From Planctomycetota bacterium (GTDB lineage Bacteria; Planctomycetota; UBA8108; SXIK01): 64,000 nt of DNA. A program made the position numbers and the translations under genes. The notes beneath the pieces are model-generated. The model worked only from the letters and a program-made list of their open reading frames with translations, ran no database searches and was not told the origin of the DNA. Where the stretch lies: the NCBI GenBank assembly GCA_965223265.1, contig OZ244999.1, positions 4,384,001-4,448,000 of the forward strand, written 5' to 3'. Shown in pieces: positions 28,680 to 39,325 of this stretch. The stretch's first letter is position 1. Each line of letters begins with the position of its first letter.

Positions 28680-30731
28680 ATGCCCCGCCTCACCCTCCCC
28701 GACGGCAGCATCCGCGACTACGACGATGCGGTCACACCGGCCGAAGTCGCGGCAGACATCGGACCTGGCCTCGCCAAGGCTGCGATTGGTGCTCGGGTGA
28801 ACGGCGAACTCGTGGATGTCTCGACGAAGATCGACTCCGATGCCGATCTCAGCCTCGTCACCATGCCGAAGGCGAGTCAAGAGCCGAGCGCCGACGCACT
28901 TTTTCTCATCCGGCACAGCTGTGCGCACGTCATGGCGGAAGCGATTCAGCGTCTGATCCCCGACGCTCAGCTCGTCTACGGCCCCCCTGTCGACGAGGGC
29001 TTTTACTACGACATCGCACTACCGGAAGAACGGCCGTTGAGCTCGAACGATTTCGATGCCATCGAGAAGGAGATGCGGCGAATCGTCGGGGAGAAGCGGC
29101 GCTTCACCCGCTATGAACTCCCAGCGACCGAAGGCATGACGAAGCTGGACGCCGAGGGCAGCAAATACAAGCTCGACAACGCGCAGCGCGCGCTCGATGG
29201 CGGCGCCGACTCCCTCTCATGGTACGCCACCGGTGAACCGAACAGCGACTGGGAAGACCTATGCCGCGGTCCGCATGTTCCGAGCACTGGTCATATCGGC
29301 GCCTTCAAGGTCATGAGCTTGGCATCGAGCTACTGGCACGGCGACGCGAACTCCGATCGTCTAACGCGAGTCTACGGTACAGCCTTCTCCCATCAGAAGC
29401 AGCTGGATGCTTATCTCCATCGACTCGAAGAGTCGAAAAAACGAGACCACCGTGTCCTCGGGAGAAAGTATGGACTCTTCCACATTGACGACACCGTCGG
29501 ACAAGGGCTCATTCTATGGAAGCCGAACGGTGCCCTCATCCGCCGAGAGCTTGAAGAGTTCATTCGCACGGAGCTAGTGAAGGACGGTTACAACACGGTC
29601 TACACCCCGCACATCGGCAAACTTGATCTCTACAAAACGAGCGGACACTTCCCCTACTACCGCGACAGCCAGTTCCCGCCGCTCATTCACCACGAGGCTC
29701 TGGATCGGTTGGCGACAGAATCGGTCAGTTGCGGCGAGCTATCGAACCTCCTCGATCAAGGAGAAATCGATGGCTACCTCCTCAAGCCGATGAACTGTCC
29801 GCACCACATCAAGATCTTCGATTCCGAGCCGCGCAGCTATCGAGATTTGCCGATTCGGCTGGCGGAGTTCGGCACAGTCTATCGCTGGGAGCAATCCGGA
29901 GAGCTGAGTGGGATGACCCGAGTACGCGGTTTCACGCAGGATGACGCACACCTCTTCTGCGCTGAAGACCAAGTCGGTGACGAGATTCGCGGCTGTCTGC
30001 GGATCGTGCGCCTGATCCTGTCGACACTCGGATTGACCGATTATCGCGTCCGCGTCGGCCTTCGCGATCCAGATAGCGGCAAGTACACTGGCGACCCGGC
30101 CGTGTGGGATAAAGCGGAGGCAGCGTGCCTTGATGCAGCCCGCACGCTCGACGTTCCGTTCACACAGGAGCCAGGCGAAGCGGCCTTCTACGGCCCTAAA
30201 ATCGACTTTGTCGTTCGCGACGTCCTCGGGCGGGAGTGGCAACTGGGGACGGTCCAGGTCGACTACAACCTACCCGAACGGTTTGATCTGACCTACGTCG
30301 GATCGGACAACAAAGCCCACCGCCCAGTTATGGTCCACCGCGCGCCGTTTGGCTCTATGGAGCGGTTTATCGGCATCCTGATCGAGCACTTCGCAGGCTC
30401 CTTCCCGACGTGGCTGGCGCCCGAGCAGGCTCGCGTGCTCCCAATCAGCGACAAGTTCCTCGACTACGCGCAAGAGGTTCAGGGGCGACTGCTCGACGAA
30501 GGCCTCCGCGTCGGCATCGATCGCAGCGACGAGCGCATTCAGGCGAAGATCAAGATCGGTACGGAGGAGAGAGTCCCCTACCTATTGATCGTCGGCGGCA
30601 AAGATAAAGACGCGGGAACGGTGTCGGTGCGTCGACGCGGCAAGGGTGATGAAGGCGCTCAGCCACTGGAAGCATTCATCGCAAGTATCCTCGCCGAAGT
30701 TCGCGAGCGGCGCCTCGACACCGCGAATTAG
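28680..30731 (+). CDS. thrS: threonine--tRNA ligase
   Basis: TGS domain LPDGS, RHSCAH, DLCRGPH, KPMNCPHH, RVRGFTQDDAH, AFYGPKID, QLGTVQ, HRA. Confidence 0.98.
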   Translation: MPRLTLPDGSIRDYDDAVTPAEVAADIGPGLAKAAIGARVNGELVDVSTKIDSDADLSLVTMPKASQEPSADALFLIRHSCAHVMAEAIQRLIPDAQLVYGPPVDEGFYYDIALPEERPLSSNDFDAIEKEMRRIVGEKRRFTRYELPATEGMTKLDAEGSKYKLDNAQRALDGGADSLSWYATGEPNSDWEDLCRGPHVPSTGHIGAFKVMSLASSYWHGDANSDRLTRVYGTAFSHQKQLDAYLHRLEESKKRDHRVLGRKYGLFHIDDTVGQGLILWKPNGALIRRELEEFIRTELVKDGYNTVYTPHIGKLDLYKTSGHFPYYRDSQFPPLIHHEALDRLATESVSCGELSNLLDQGEIDGYLLKPMNCPHHIKIFDSEPRSYRDLPIRLAEFGTVYRWEQSGELSGMTRVRGFTQDDAHLFCAEDQVGDEIRGCLRIVRLILSTLGLTDYRVRVGLRDPDSGKYTGDPAVWDKAEAACLDAARTLDVPFTQEPGEAAFYGPKIDFVVRDVLGREWQLGTVQVDYNLPERFDLTYVGSDNKAHRPVMVHRAPFGSMERFIGILIEHFAGSFPTWLAPEQARVLPISDKFLDYAQEVQGRLLDEGLRVGIDRSDERIQAKIKIGTEERVPYLLIVGGKDKDAGTVSVRRRGKGDEGAQPLEAFIASILAEVRERRLDTAN

Positions 30732-30866
30732 ATCGCCGGCGAGTAGACTCCAGCGCCTGCAGCAGATGGCGGCAGGAAACTCCTCCAGCTGGGCGAGTCG
30801 CACACCAGGAGTAGCGTTGAGTCGCGCTGGGGTTCGATTGCCTTTCAGCGAAACGTCACGCCTGGT

Positions 30867-31787
30867 TCATCCCACCGCCGGACCTGCCGAAGCCCACTGC
30901 CACTCGGGATGCGACGGCGCCGACTTGATGCCGCGAAACATGCGCACGAACTCGCGCCGGCGGACAAACCCGAGCTCCTGCAGCCTGGCAGTCCACTGCT
31001 GAGCGCGCTCGCCCGCTTCGAGGGCGTCGATCGCTACAGCCGTCCCCACATCGAGCCGCTGTAGCACATTTGCCAGCAGTGCTTCGGCGATCGCCGGCCC
31101 GGTCGCAACAATCGGTCCGACGTGTGCGTAGAGGGAACCAGGTCGCGCGCTGGCGTACCCTGTCACGGAAACGCATTCAGCGCAGGAGTTCACGCTCGCG
31201 TCGACGACGAAGCTCAGTTGCGGAGACTGCCGCGCCCATGCCTCGATGACATCGACTCTTGGTGCCCCGAAGGCATGGCGGTCGAGCTCGAACGCTGCCG
31301 GGGCGTCGGCATTCAAGTCGAAGCTCCGTACGGTGATCGAGCCAGCGAGGTGCGCTGATCGTTCTTGACACTCACTTGATACAGTCGCGACCCACCGTCC
31401 CAGCCTCACGTGATCATGAAATCCCAAAGTCTGATAAAGGCGCTGCCCCTCAGTCGTCGCATCGAGTCCGACGGTATGACACTCGCTGTCTAAGCTTTCC
31501 AGTGCTCGACCAAGGAGACGTCGACCGATGCCCTGCCGCCGCACACTTCGGTCAACAAGTACCATGCCGACCCAACCAACAGAGCCCGAATGGACCACCG
31601 TCGTCGTCGTGCCGACTCCAACGCCACCGACCTCGGCAACGAAACAGCCATGTGGACGGAAACGAAGAAAGTGGTGCCAGTCCGCAGCCGTTTGATTCCA
31701 ACCGGCCTCCTCTTTGAGACGCATACCGAGCTCGACGTCCGTCGATTGCATGCGACGAATGTGCACCGAGTCAGCCACGTTGCCCAT
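30867..31787 (-). CDS. GNAT family N-acetyltransferase (two-domain, YitH-like)
   Basis: GWNQT..DW, VGMVLV...RRQGIG, LDAT..G..LY..LGF, VGPIVA; start ATG 31787 overlaps the upstream gene's stop. Confidence 0.85.
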   Translation of the reverse strand: MGNVADSVHIRRMQSTDVELGMRLKEEAGWNQTAADWHHFLRFRPHGCFVAEVGGVGVGTTTTVVHSGSVGWVGMVLVDRSVRRQGIGRRLLGRALESLDSECHTVGLDATTEGQRLYQTLGFHDHVRLGRWVATVSSECQERSAHLAGSITVRSFDLNADAPAAFELDRHAFGAPRVDVIEAWARQSPQLSFVVDASVNSCAECVSVTGYASARPGSLYAHVGPIVATGPAIAEALLANVLQRLDVGTAVAIDALEAGERAQQWTARLQELGFVRRREFVRMFRGIKSAPSHPEWQWASAGPAVG

Positions 31788-33402
31788 GCGCCGCTCCATC
31801 GTTGGAACCGCCCCACCACGGCAGTCGCTCCACATCGACGCCGAGGTCGTGAGCCACGACCCGCGCGGCATTGTAACCACCGAGTCCGGTGATGTTGCCT
31901 CCGGGATGCGTCGACCCACCGCACAAGTAGAGCGCGCGAATGGGGGTACGGTACGACCCTGCGCCCTCGAAGGGACGGTGAAAGCCGATCTGTCCATCGG
32001 CGAACGACCCGACGAGGAGATCTCCCGCCTGCATGTTCGGAAGGCGCTCGTATGTCGCGGCGGGAGTGGCGTGAAACGATCCACGCACCACACCTGGCTC
32101 TGCGAGGTTCGGCGCGTAGCTCGACCACATCTCCAGCAGCTCCGATGCGTGCGCACCTGCAACCTCCGACCATGTGGTGGATTCCCCCGAGAGGTCGAAT
32201 GGCACCTTCTCCCACAAAAACGCCGTGTGCTTCCCCGGCGGCGCTTGCCCGCCATCAAAGCGAGTCGGTGTCGCTCCCCACGCAACTCTCATCGGAGGCC
32301 GCCGTCGCCCCTCGTGCGCGCGGACGATGGCGTCAAACTGTTCCAGGCTCTCGAGACCAAGAATCGTCATGAACGCATCATCAATCTCCGGCCGCCGCTC
32401 CACTGCGCGGTAGCGAGGCCGCTCATTGAGCGCGAGGTAAAGCCCAAAAAGCGGTGCGAGGACGTTGTAGCGAAACCCGCGCGCCTTCTCCTGAAGGCGG
32501 CGTGAGATCTCCGAAGTCGGCAATAAATCGACGAACGTCTGCTGCGGATTCAACCCGGAGGCGACAAACGCGTTGGCTCCGATCGTCTCGCCGCCGGCTA
32601 ACTCGACGCCGACTGCTCGCTCGCCCTGCAGCAGAATCCGTTCGATCGTGACGTCGCAGCGAATCGCGCTACCGTGCGCCTCGATGGCGGCAACGAGCCC
32701 CTGCGCGAGGGCGTGAGAGCCGCCAACACACATCTGTGCCTTGTGCGGTGACGCCAACAGCGACGGAATCGAGTGGCCGAAACCCTTGAGACGTAAGTCG
32801 ACCTCTCGCAGGCCATTGAAAAATAGGAGGCCCGCTCGAACGACATCGTTTTCGAATTCGCGCATGACGAATTCGAGCGGCGACCAGGCGCTAACCTCGA
32901 GCAAACGCCGACCCGCCGGCGTCGAGCTGAGGCGTGCCTGCCTCACCTCGGGTGGTAGCGGCGGCGCCTCTGACTCGGGCACGACGAGCTCGTCGACGAT
33001 GGGTGCGAACTCGTCAATCCATTGCCGCAGCTTCCGCGCGTCGCGGCGTGAAAACTCAGCAAAGGAGGCTGCGGTTTTTTCGTTGTCGGTCCACCACTCG
33101 AGCGTGCGCCCGTCACGAAGAATCATCGCTACGTTGAGCTCAGGCTCAACGTAGCGGACACCGTAGTGCTCGAGTTCTAGATCACGAAACCACGGCTTCG
33201 AGGTGAGCGCACGATGAAAGAACGAATGAACGTTGTGGCGAAACCCCTCCAGACCGGGATGGGAATCCGTTGCCAATCCGCCGCCGAACTCCGCTGCGCG
33301 CTCGAGGACGAGGCAGCGGAGCCCGGCACGCGCCAAATAGGCTGCCAGCACGAGCGTGTTGTGCCCACTTCCAAGCAGCAGTCCGTCATAGGTGGTGTCC
33401 AT
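31771..33402 (-). CDS. phytoene dehydrogenase-like FAD-dependent oxidoreductase (COG1233)
   Basis: GSGHN..LA..G..VLER...GG Rossmann fold; APPGKH; LYLCG.STHPGG.ITG..GYNAA. Confidence 0.85.
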   Translation of the reverse strand: MDTTYDGLLLGSGHNTLVLAAYLARAGLRCLVLERAAEFGGGLATDSHPGLEGFRHNVHSFFHRALTSKPWFRDLELEHYGVRYVEPELNVAMILRDGRTLEWWTDNEKTAASFAEFSRRDARKLRQWIDEFAPIVDELVVPESEAPPLPPEVRQARLSSTPAGRRLLEVSAWSPLEFVMREFENDVVRAGLLFFNGLREVDLRLKGFGHSIPSLLASPHKAQMCVGGSHALAQGLVAAIEAHGSAIRCDVTIERILLQGERAVGVELAGGETIGANAFVASGLNPQQTFVDLLPTSEISRRLQEKARGFRYNVLAPLFGLYLALNERPRYRAVERRPEIDDAFMTILGLESLEQFDAIVRAHEGRRRPPMRVAWGATPTRFDGGQAPPGKHTAFLWEKVPFDLSGESTTWSEVAGAHASELLEMWSSYAPNLAEPGVVRGSFHATPAATYERLPNMQAGDLLVGSFADGQIGFHRPFEGAGSYRTPIRALYLCGGSTHPGGNITGLGGYNAARVVAHDLGVDVERLPWWGGSNDGAAHGQRG

Positions 33403-33514
33403 CAGCAGCTACGCGGGATGAGGAGGAGACGGAGCGATACAAGTCCTCGGCAGGCTCGCCGATGCTTGCGAGCACCTTCATGCCGCCGCTGGAGGATCAC
33501 TCTGGGATAGGCCA

Positions 33515-36500
33515 TCAGCCTGTGGTCAGGCAACTGATTTCATGCAGGCGTGCCCCTGTGCAAATATCGAGGGCCAACTCGGCCATCGCAGGATGGCACG
33601 TGAAGAACAGGATCTGGTGGTCGCGTGCGAAGCGATCGAACGCCTCGAGCATGCCCCGAGCGCGCCCGGGATCAAAATTGACGAAGACGTCGTCAAGGAT
33701 AAGCGGCAAATGAACGCTCCGGGAGGAGTATTCCGCAACCAATCCGAGTCGAAGAGCAAGATAGAGCTGCTCGGCTGTGCCGCGACTGAGCTCGCTGGTC
33801 CGTTTGCGCTTACCATCGACGTCGACGAGGATGATGTCTTGTCCATCCGTCGCCTGTAGCACGCGGGTGTATCGCCCGTCGGTTGCTAGGCGGAGGATTT
33901 CCGACGCTGCCGCGAACACGTGCGGCTGTCGCTTGAGTTCGTATTCACGCATGGTGCGCGCGATTAAGGCTCGAGCCAGCGACGCCGTCTCGAAACGTCG
34001 AGTCGCTTGCTTCAACTCGTTCTCCAACCCGGCACGTCGCGTTCGGAGCGTATCCAAATCGGCGGACTGTTCCAGCTCTCGTCTCGCCGCTTCACTGTCC
34101 CGTGCGGCTCGGATGGCGTCGTCTCGCGATCGCTCGACAGACTCGAGTGCTAAGTCGATGCGTTCCGCTTCCGCCTTCCACCGTTCAAGGTCGCCGCACG
34201 GTAAATCACGCCGTACGACCGCAGCTGCCTCGCCGCATCCGAGTCTGCTCTCAAGCTGCCGCTCACAACCCTGAATCACCCGCTCAAGTTCTCGGCGTCT
34301 CTTGGCGCGGCGTAAACTCTCGCGCAATTCCACTTCATTGGTTGCACCGACTTCATCAAACAGCGCCGAGAGTTCCTGCCGCGTGCGTCGGCGCTCCTCT
34401 TCAACTGACTGCAGACGTGCCTGTCGACGACCGATCTCGGTTGCTAGCGCCTCCAGTCGCGCGCGGCGTTGATCGTCGGCCTCGAGTCGGTCCATAAACT
34501 CAAAAAGAAGGGTGACCGGGTCAGAGTTCCCAGACGCCATCTCAGCCTGTCGCCCGCTCTGATCAGGAGAGCTCGAAGTACTTGGCGCAGGGCCGGACGC
34601 CACATCGACGACCCCGCAGCTCTCAGATGCGTCGGCCAGAAGCGCGGCGACGCCGTGACGCCAATCGCTCACCAGCTTCTCTAGTCGCACAGCTTGCGCA
34701 CGCTCTTCGGCTTTTCGCGTCCATAGCAGCCTCAATCGATCGAGCTCGGTAAAAAAGTCCTGCGCCGCTTCCAGCTCAAGGGTCTCTGGCATCCCATTTC
34801 GACGCTGCCACTCATCCCATGCGGCACGGTTCACGGTCTCACGTCGCTCCATCTCGTAGCACCGCTCCCTGATCACTTCGACCTCGCTGCGAATCGATTC
34901 AAGCTCGAGCTCAACAACCTCAAGCCGTTCACGGCATTCTTCCGCTGCGACAACAGCGCCATGAGCGTGTTGCAGACAACGTGCCATCCCGTCGAGATCT
35001 TGTTCTTCCGGCTCGGAGGAGAGGCCCAGCCGAGTGGCGCACTCGCTGACCTTTTCATGCAGTGCCTCTTGGCAAGCCCGACTCTCCTCGAGCACGGCTG
35101 CGAAGTTCTTGCGTTCACGCTTGCGGCGGCGCAGAAGGACTCCTGCGCAGACTGCCGCAAGAAGCATCACGAGCACGCCACCAACGATCATCGCGACGCC
35201 ACCACGTGTCACGGCGAGTTCAGGGCTGACAAACCAAAACGCAACGACGAGCGAGAAGGCCGTGCCGAGGGCTAGCGCCGCTAACGCGGCGACAAGGATC
35301 ACATCGCTCGGCACTGTGACACCCGACGACGCCGCCAGTGGTGATTCGTTCTTTACGGGTTCGCCCGTAGGGGACTCGACCTCCGCGCTCCCGGGGGCCG
35401 CTCCAAAGCTCGTCGCACTCCCACCGCGCGTGAGGAAAGCATATTTCGCCCGCTCGATTTTCAGCTCGTGCCACGCCCCCTGCAGGCGACCAAGAAGCTC
35501 CTCCTGCTCTGAAATCTCCTCTGGCGACGGTGCTTCGACCAGTCGGCGCTGCAAACGAGTGGCCTCAGTCTGAAGGCGTCTCTCTTCACGTTCCGGCGCC
35601 TGAAGCGCCGCCTCCAGCTCGGCTCGCTGCGTGCGACAAGTCTTAGCGGCGGCCTGAAGCGCCGCCAGCTCGTCGCGGGCCGGAGTCTCGCCGGTGTCCA
35701 AAAAGTGCCGAAACGCCTCCGACCAGTTTCCCGTCGCCTCCATCCCGCTCTCAAGAGCAGACGTCGCCGCCCGAAGCCGTTGCCGCGTCGCACTCAGCTC
35801 CTCGGTGCGTTGGCGAAACGAGCCGACGTCGGCGTACAGCTCGTTCGCGCGCACGCGCCACCGAGCCGCCTCAGGCAAGACACCTGCCTCCAGCCGCAGA
35901 CGCGAAGCGTCGTCTGTCTTCAACTCAGCCCGTAGCGTAGCGATCTGTGCCTTGAGCGACTCAGCATGCCCGGTGAGTGCGCTCAGCCGGCGCTCAACGT
36001 CGTCGTGGTCCAAAACTGTCTCAGGAAGCTCCTGCATCTCGACGCGAGCGGCGTTCGCCTCACACCAAAGTGGCCAGAGATCGATGAGCGCCTCGAATCG
36101 AGAACGCTCCGATCGCAGCCCCTCAGCCTCAGCGCGCAGCCCATGCACGCTCGCCTCATGGCGTGCCTGCGCGTCGACGAGATCGCCGTAGTTTTCCATG
36201 GCGGCGCGCGCACGCTGTTCTTCGCCGCGGCACGCAGCGTATTCGGTGGCGAGCTGGGAGAGCCGTCCGCTGGCGCCTCTCTGTTTCAGCAGCGAAGAGA
36301 TTTCCTCATCCAGCTGCCGCCGCACCTGGCGAACGGCTCTACCCGCTCCTGCCATGCCGGCTGAAAAAATTCGATCTTTGACTCCTTGCTTCGAAAGCGA
36401 TGCGAAATCCTGAAGCTCCGTGAGGCTGAACGCGAAGACCGACTTGAAGAGCGCGCGATCCATCCCCCCGACAAGCTGGGAGAGCTCGGCCTCACCCGCC

Positions 36501-36808
36501 TCACGGCCATCGTCGTACTGCAAAAACGCTTGCCGCTTGCCGCGGGCGCTGCGCTCGATCGTCAGCCCTTTGCCGTTCACCTCGACGAGGAGTCGTCCTC
36601 CGTGTTCGCCACCGCGAAGCGGAGGATAAAGGCGCTCACTACTGCGCCCATCAGGAAAGCCGAAGAGCACCCCACGAAGAAACGCCAGAAGCGTGCTCTT
36701 ACCAGCTTCATTCGGCCCGAGAAAGACCGTCATTGCAGTGTCGAGTCCGTCGACGTGTTCGTCGCAAAAGAGACCGAACCCATCGATATGCCAGCCGCGG
36801 AGAATCAT
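33515..36808 (-). CDS. YhaN-like SMC/Rad50-type ATPase (AAA_27) with internal TM hairpin
   Basis: GFG.F, Walker A GPNEAGKS, long coiled coils, LSRGT.EQLYLALRL, LPLILDD, FTCH. Confidence 0.9.
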   Translation of the reverse strand: MILRGWHIDGFGLFCDEHVDGLDTAMTVFLGPNEAGKSTLLAFLRGVLFGFPDGRSSERLYPPLRGGEHGGRLLVEVNGKGLTIERSARGKRQAFLQYDDGREAGEAELSQLVGGMDRALFKSVFAFSLTELQDFASLSKQGVKDRIFSAGMAGAGRAVRQVRRQLDEEISSLLKQRGASGRLSQLATEYAACRGEEQRARAAMENYGDLVDAQARHEASVHGLRAEAEGLRSERSRFEALIDLWPLWCEANAARVEMQELPETVLDHDDVERRLSALTGHAESLKAQIATLRAELKTDDASRLRLEAGVLPEAARWRVRANELYADVGSFRQRTEELSATRQRLRAATSALESGMEATGNWSEAFRHFLDTGETPARDELAALQAAAKTCRTQRAELEAALQAPEREERRLQTEATRLQRRLVEAPSPEEISEQEELLGRLQGAWHELKIERAKYAFLTRGGSATSFGAAPGSAEVESPTGEPVKNESPLAASSGVTVPSDVILVAALAALALGTAFSLVVAFWFVSPELAVTRGGVAMIVGGVLVMLLAAVCAGVLLRRRKRERKNFAAVLEESRACQEALHEKVSECATRLGLSSEPEEQDLDGMARCLQHAHGAVVAAEECRERLEVVELELESIRSEVEVIRERCYEMERRETVNRAAWDEWQRRNGMPETLELEAAQDFFTELDRLRLLWTRKAEERAQAVRLEKLVSDWRHGVAALLADASESCGVVDVASGPAPSTSSSPDQSGRQAEMASGNSDPVTLLFEFMDRLEADDQRRARLEALATEIGRRQARLQSVEEERRRTRQELSALFDEVGATNEVELRESLRRAKRRRELERVIQGCERQLESRLGCGEAAAVVRRDLPCGDLERWKAEAERIDLALESVERSRDDAIRAARDSEAARRELEQSADLDTLRTRRAGLENELKQATRRFETASLARALIARTMREYELKRQPHVFAAASEILRLATDGRYTRVLQATDGQDIILVDVDGKRKRTSELSRGTAEQLYLALRLGLVAEYSSRSVHLPLILDDVFVNFDPGRARGMLEAFDRFARDHQILFFTCHPAMAELALDICTGARLHEISCLTTG

Positions 36809-38079
36809 TCGTCGTCGAGTGTCTCCTTGAGTCGATCGATGGCCTCCTCGGCAGCCACGCGCACGAGCGTTTCTGCTGCTTCACCGTGCCTCTCAGCGGA
36901 CCACTGTGAGAGAGCGCGCCGCGCTAGAAGCGCCGTCGACTCGTCCATGAACGTCTCAAGATCTGGCGGTGCCTCGCACAACTCATTCGTAAGCCGAAGT
37001 AACTGCGACAGAAAATCGTCACGGCGCAGTAGCTCGGCGTCGTCCAAACGGCGTCCGGTCAGGGCTTTGACGCTCTCCCACCACAGAAGAGGCTGCTGCG
37101 ATTCACACTCAGCGCGCAGCTCTGTGAGCAGGCCTTCAAGCACACCAACTCGCTTCAGGTCACGATGCAGCGGCCCGCGCCCGTAGAGCACGCAACGCAC
37201 AACGAGTCCTCTGCCGTCTTCCTCCGACTGGCGCTGGCAGGCAGCGGCGTACAATTCGTCGCGGAGCTCGCGAATGTCGTTGACGCCCTCGATCGGTACG
37301 TTCAACTCGACAAACCGCAAGACGTCGAGCGCCTCGAAGGAGACTCGAGCGACTCTATCGTCTTCGACTTCGACGACGACCGCCCCCTTCGCACCAAGCT
37401 CACTCGGCTTGGGGGACCGGCCTTGGAGTGCTCCGGGGTAGATGATCCAAGGATCCCCTTTGCTGACTTGCGTGTACTGGTGGATATGTCCAAGAGCCCA
37501 GTAATCATACCCGGTGGCTGCAAGATCGGAGACCTCGCAAGGGCTGTACGGCTCGTGTCCGTCGCCGCTACCGACGCTGCAGTGCAGCACCCCTATGGAT
37601 AGACCTGGCTCGCCTCGGAGCTGGAATCGCCGCGCCAAGTTCTCGCGCACCGCGGCGGCACCGAAACTGATTCCACAGACGCTCGCGAGACGCACGCCGT
37701 CCTTCACGACTGGGACGCACTCGACGTGCGAGGCACCGAATGTATGCACGCTCTCTGGCCACCGACATGTTCCCCTTCGGCCATCGAGCGGATCATGGTT
37801 GCCGTGCGCGATCAACGTTTGAACTCCCGCTCGATCGAGACGCTCAAGCCCGCGGGCAAACCTCAATTGCGCTCGTATGCTCGCCTCTGTGCTGTCGAAC
37901 ACGTCGCCCGCAATGACCAAAAATGCTGCCTCACGCTGAAGCGTGAACGCCACCAGCGCGTCGAAAGCAGCAAGCGATGCATCGCGCAGCTCTGCCGCCA
38001 CTCGTGGCGAGCTCCTCGCCACGCCCGTAAACGGACTGCCAAGGTGGAAGTCTGCTGCATGCACAAACGAGAATCGCAT
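36805..38079 (-). CDS. YhaO-like Mre11/SbcD metallophosphoesterase
   Basis: ADFHL, AGDVFD, GNHD, LH, ALGHIH, YPG..QGR; 4-nt overlap with the yhaN-like gene; start ATG 38079. Confidence 0.9.
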   Translation of the reverse strand: MRFSFVHAADFHLGSPFTGVARSSPRVAAELRDASLAAFDALVAFTLQREAAFLVIAGDVFDSTEASIRAQLRFARGLERLDRAGVQTLIAHGNHDPLDGRRGTCRWPESVHTFGASHVECVPVVKDGVRLASVCGISFGAAAVRENLARRFQLRGEPGLSIGVLHCSVGSGDGHEPYSPCEVSDLAATGYDYWALGHIHQYTQVSKGDPWIIYPGALQGRSPKPSELGAKGAVVVEVEDDRVARVSFEALDVLRFVELNVPIEGVNDIRELRDELYAAACQRQSEEDGRGLVVRCVLYGRGPLHRDLKRVGVLEGLLTELRAECESQQPLLWWESVKALTGRRLDDAELLRRDDFLSQLLRLTNELCEAPPDLETFMDESTALLARRALSQWSAERHGEAAETLVRVAAEEAIDRLKETLDDE

Positions 38080-38304
38080 TCTTCTCCACTCCCTTCGCAC
38101 GCCAATAACGCGCGGTGTCGGCAAGGACGCTCTCTCGCATCCTCTTGTCGATCGCTCAGTCACCGTCGCAAGGGTGCCTACCGCGATGCGCAAGTCGACG
38201 ATGTGCGTCGGGTCGAGTCGCGAGGCGCGGCACCGCCAGTGTCGCGCCTCGCGCGCGGCAGCGCAAGGGGCAAACCACACACTCCGCGCCGGCCCAGGAC
38301 GTCG

Positions 38305-39087
38305 TCACAGTCGCGAGCGAGTTCGTATCAAGTCTATGGCCGTCTCGTGCACGACGCTATCCGCAGGCGTCGTCTGTGCGATGATCTGGAGCTCCGCGAC
38401 GGGTGGCAGAGATGCTGGCCCAAGCTCCTCCAGAAGCTGTAGCGACAACGTTCGACTGAGGAGATCCAAGTCTTGCCGCAGGACGCATTCCCGCAGAACT
38501 GCCCGCGCTCGCTCGGGGTCAATGCGAGCCAGTGCGGCGAGAGCTCGGTGACGAACGAGATGGAATGCGTCGGCCCGAATCGCTCGTTCGACACCCGCGG
38601 ACGACGACCTGGCTGCGGCCCCGATCTCGCCGAGTGTCCCGGCCGCCCAGTACCGCGTCGCCGGATCGCCTGAAATCAACGCCTCGGAGAGCGCATCGAC
38701 AGCGGCATCACCGTACGCAGTCAATTCTCGCGACGCCGACGGCGCAGTGTCACGCCGAAAACGATCAATCAAGTAGGGAATGGCCCGCCGCGAACGTCGC
38801 TCGGCGAGTGAATCCACCACAGCCTCGCGATGATCACCGACCGGGATACACAACAGCATGGCATCGACTCCACCCCGGCAGAGAGCGAGTGCTCGGCCAC
38901 TACTGAGTAAAAGCGCGCCGAGAAGGCTCGCGGAGATGAGGAACACACCGGCGACTAGGAGTGTCGCTGGTCGCAGCGAACGCACTCGCGCCGACGCCGG
39001 GCTGCTATTGTGTGGATCAATCAACGTCGCCCCCCGCTTCAAGAGGAGAGCGCTATCGGCTACCCGGCGAACGAGCCTGAAAGTCAC
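38305..39087 (-). CDS. membrane-anchored HEAT-repeat protein
   Basis: N-terminal hydrophobic segment; AVDALSEAL..RYWAAGTLGEIG and VRHRALAALARI HEAT-like repeats. Confidence 0.7.
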   Translation of the reverse strand: MTFRLVRRVADSALLLKRGATLIDPHNSSPASARVRSLRPATLLVAGVFLISASLLGALLLSSGRALALCRGGVDAMLLCIPVGDHREAVVDSLAERRSRRAIPYLIDRFRRDTAPSASRELTAYGDAAVDALSEALISGDPATRYWAAGTLGEIGAAARSSSAGVERAIRADAFHLVRHRALAALARIDPERARAVLRECVLRQDLDLLSRTLSLQLLEELGPASLPPVAELQIIAQTTPADSVVHETAIDLIRTRSRL

Positions 39088-39325
39088 CGGAAGCTCACCG
39101 TGATGTCTTCAGGTGGCTCGAACAAAACGAGCGGTTAGGCGTGGCACGGATTTAGGGATTTAGGCAGCGCCCTCCACACTGTCCTCGGCGTAGAGGCACG
39201 CATGGGCGCAGCGGAGACTGACGGATGGCGTTTTCGGCCCCGGTGCCGACAGGAATGGCGGAATCGGAGTGAGCGCCGGTCGAACGAACCATCGAGAGCT
39301 TTTCTTGAGCAGCAATTCACGCCAC

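Noticed and set aside
31788-32285. Long N-terminal extension of the GNAT ORF
   Set aside because: Out-of-frame overlap with the oxidoreductase gene; GNAT homology starts near 31787
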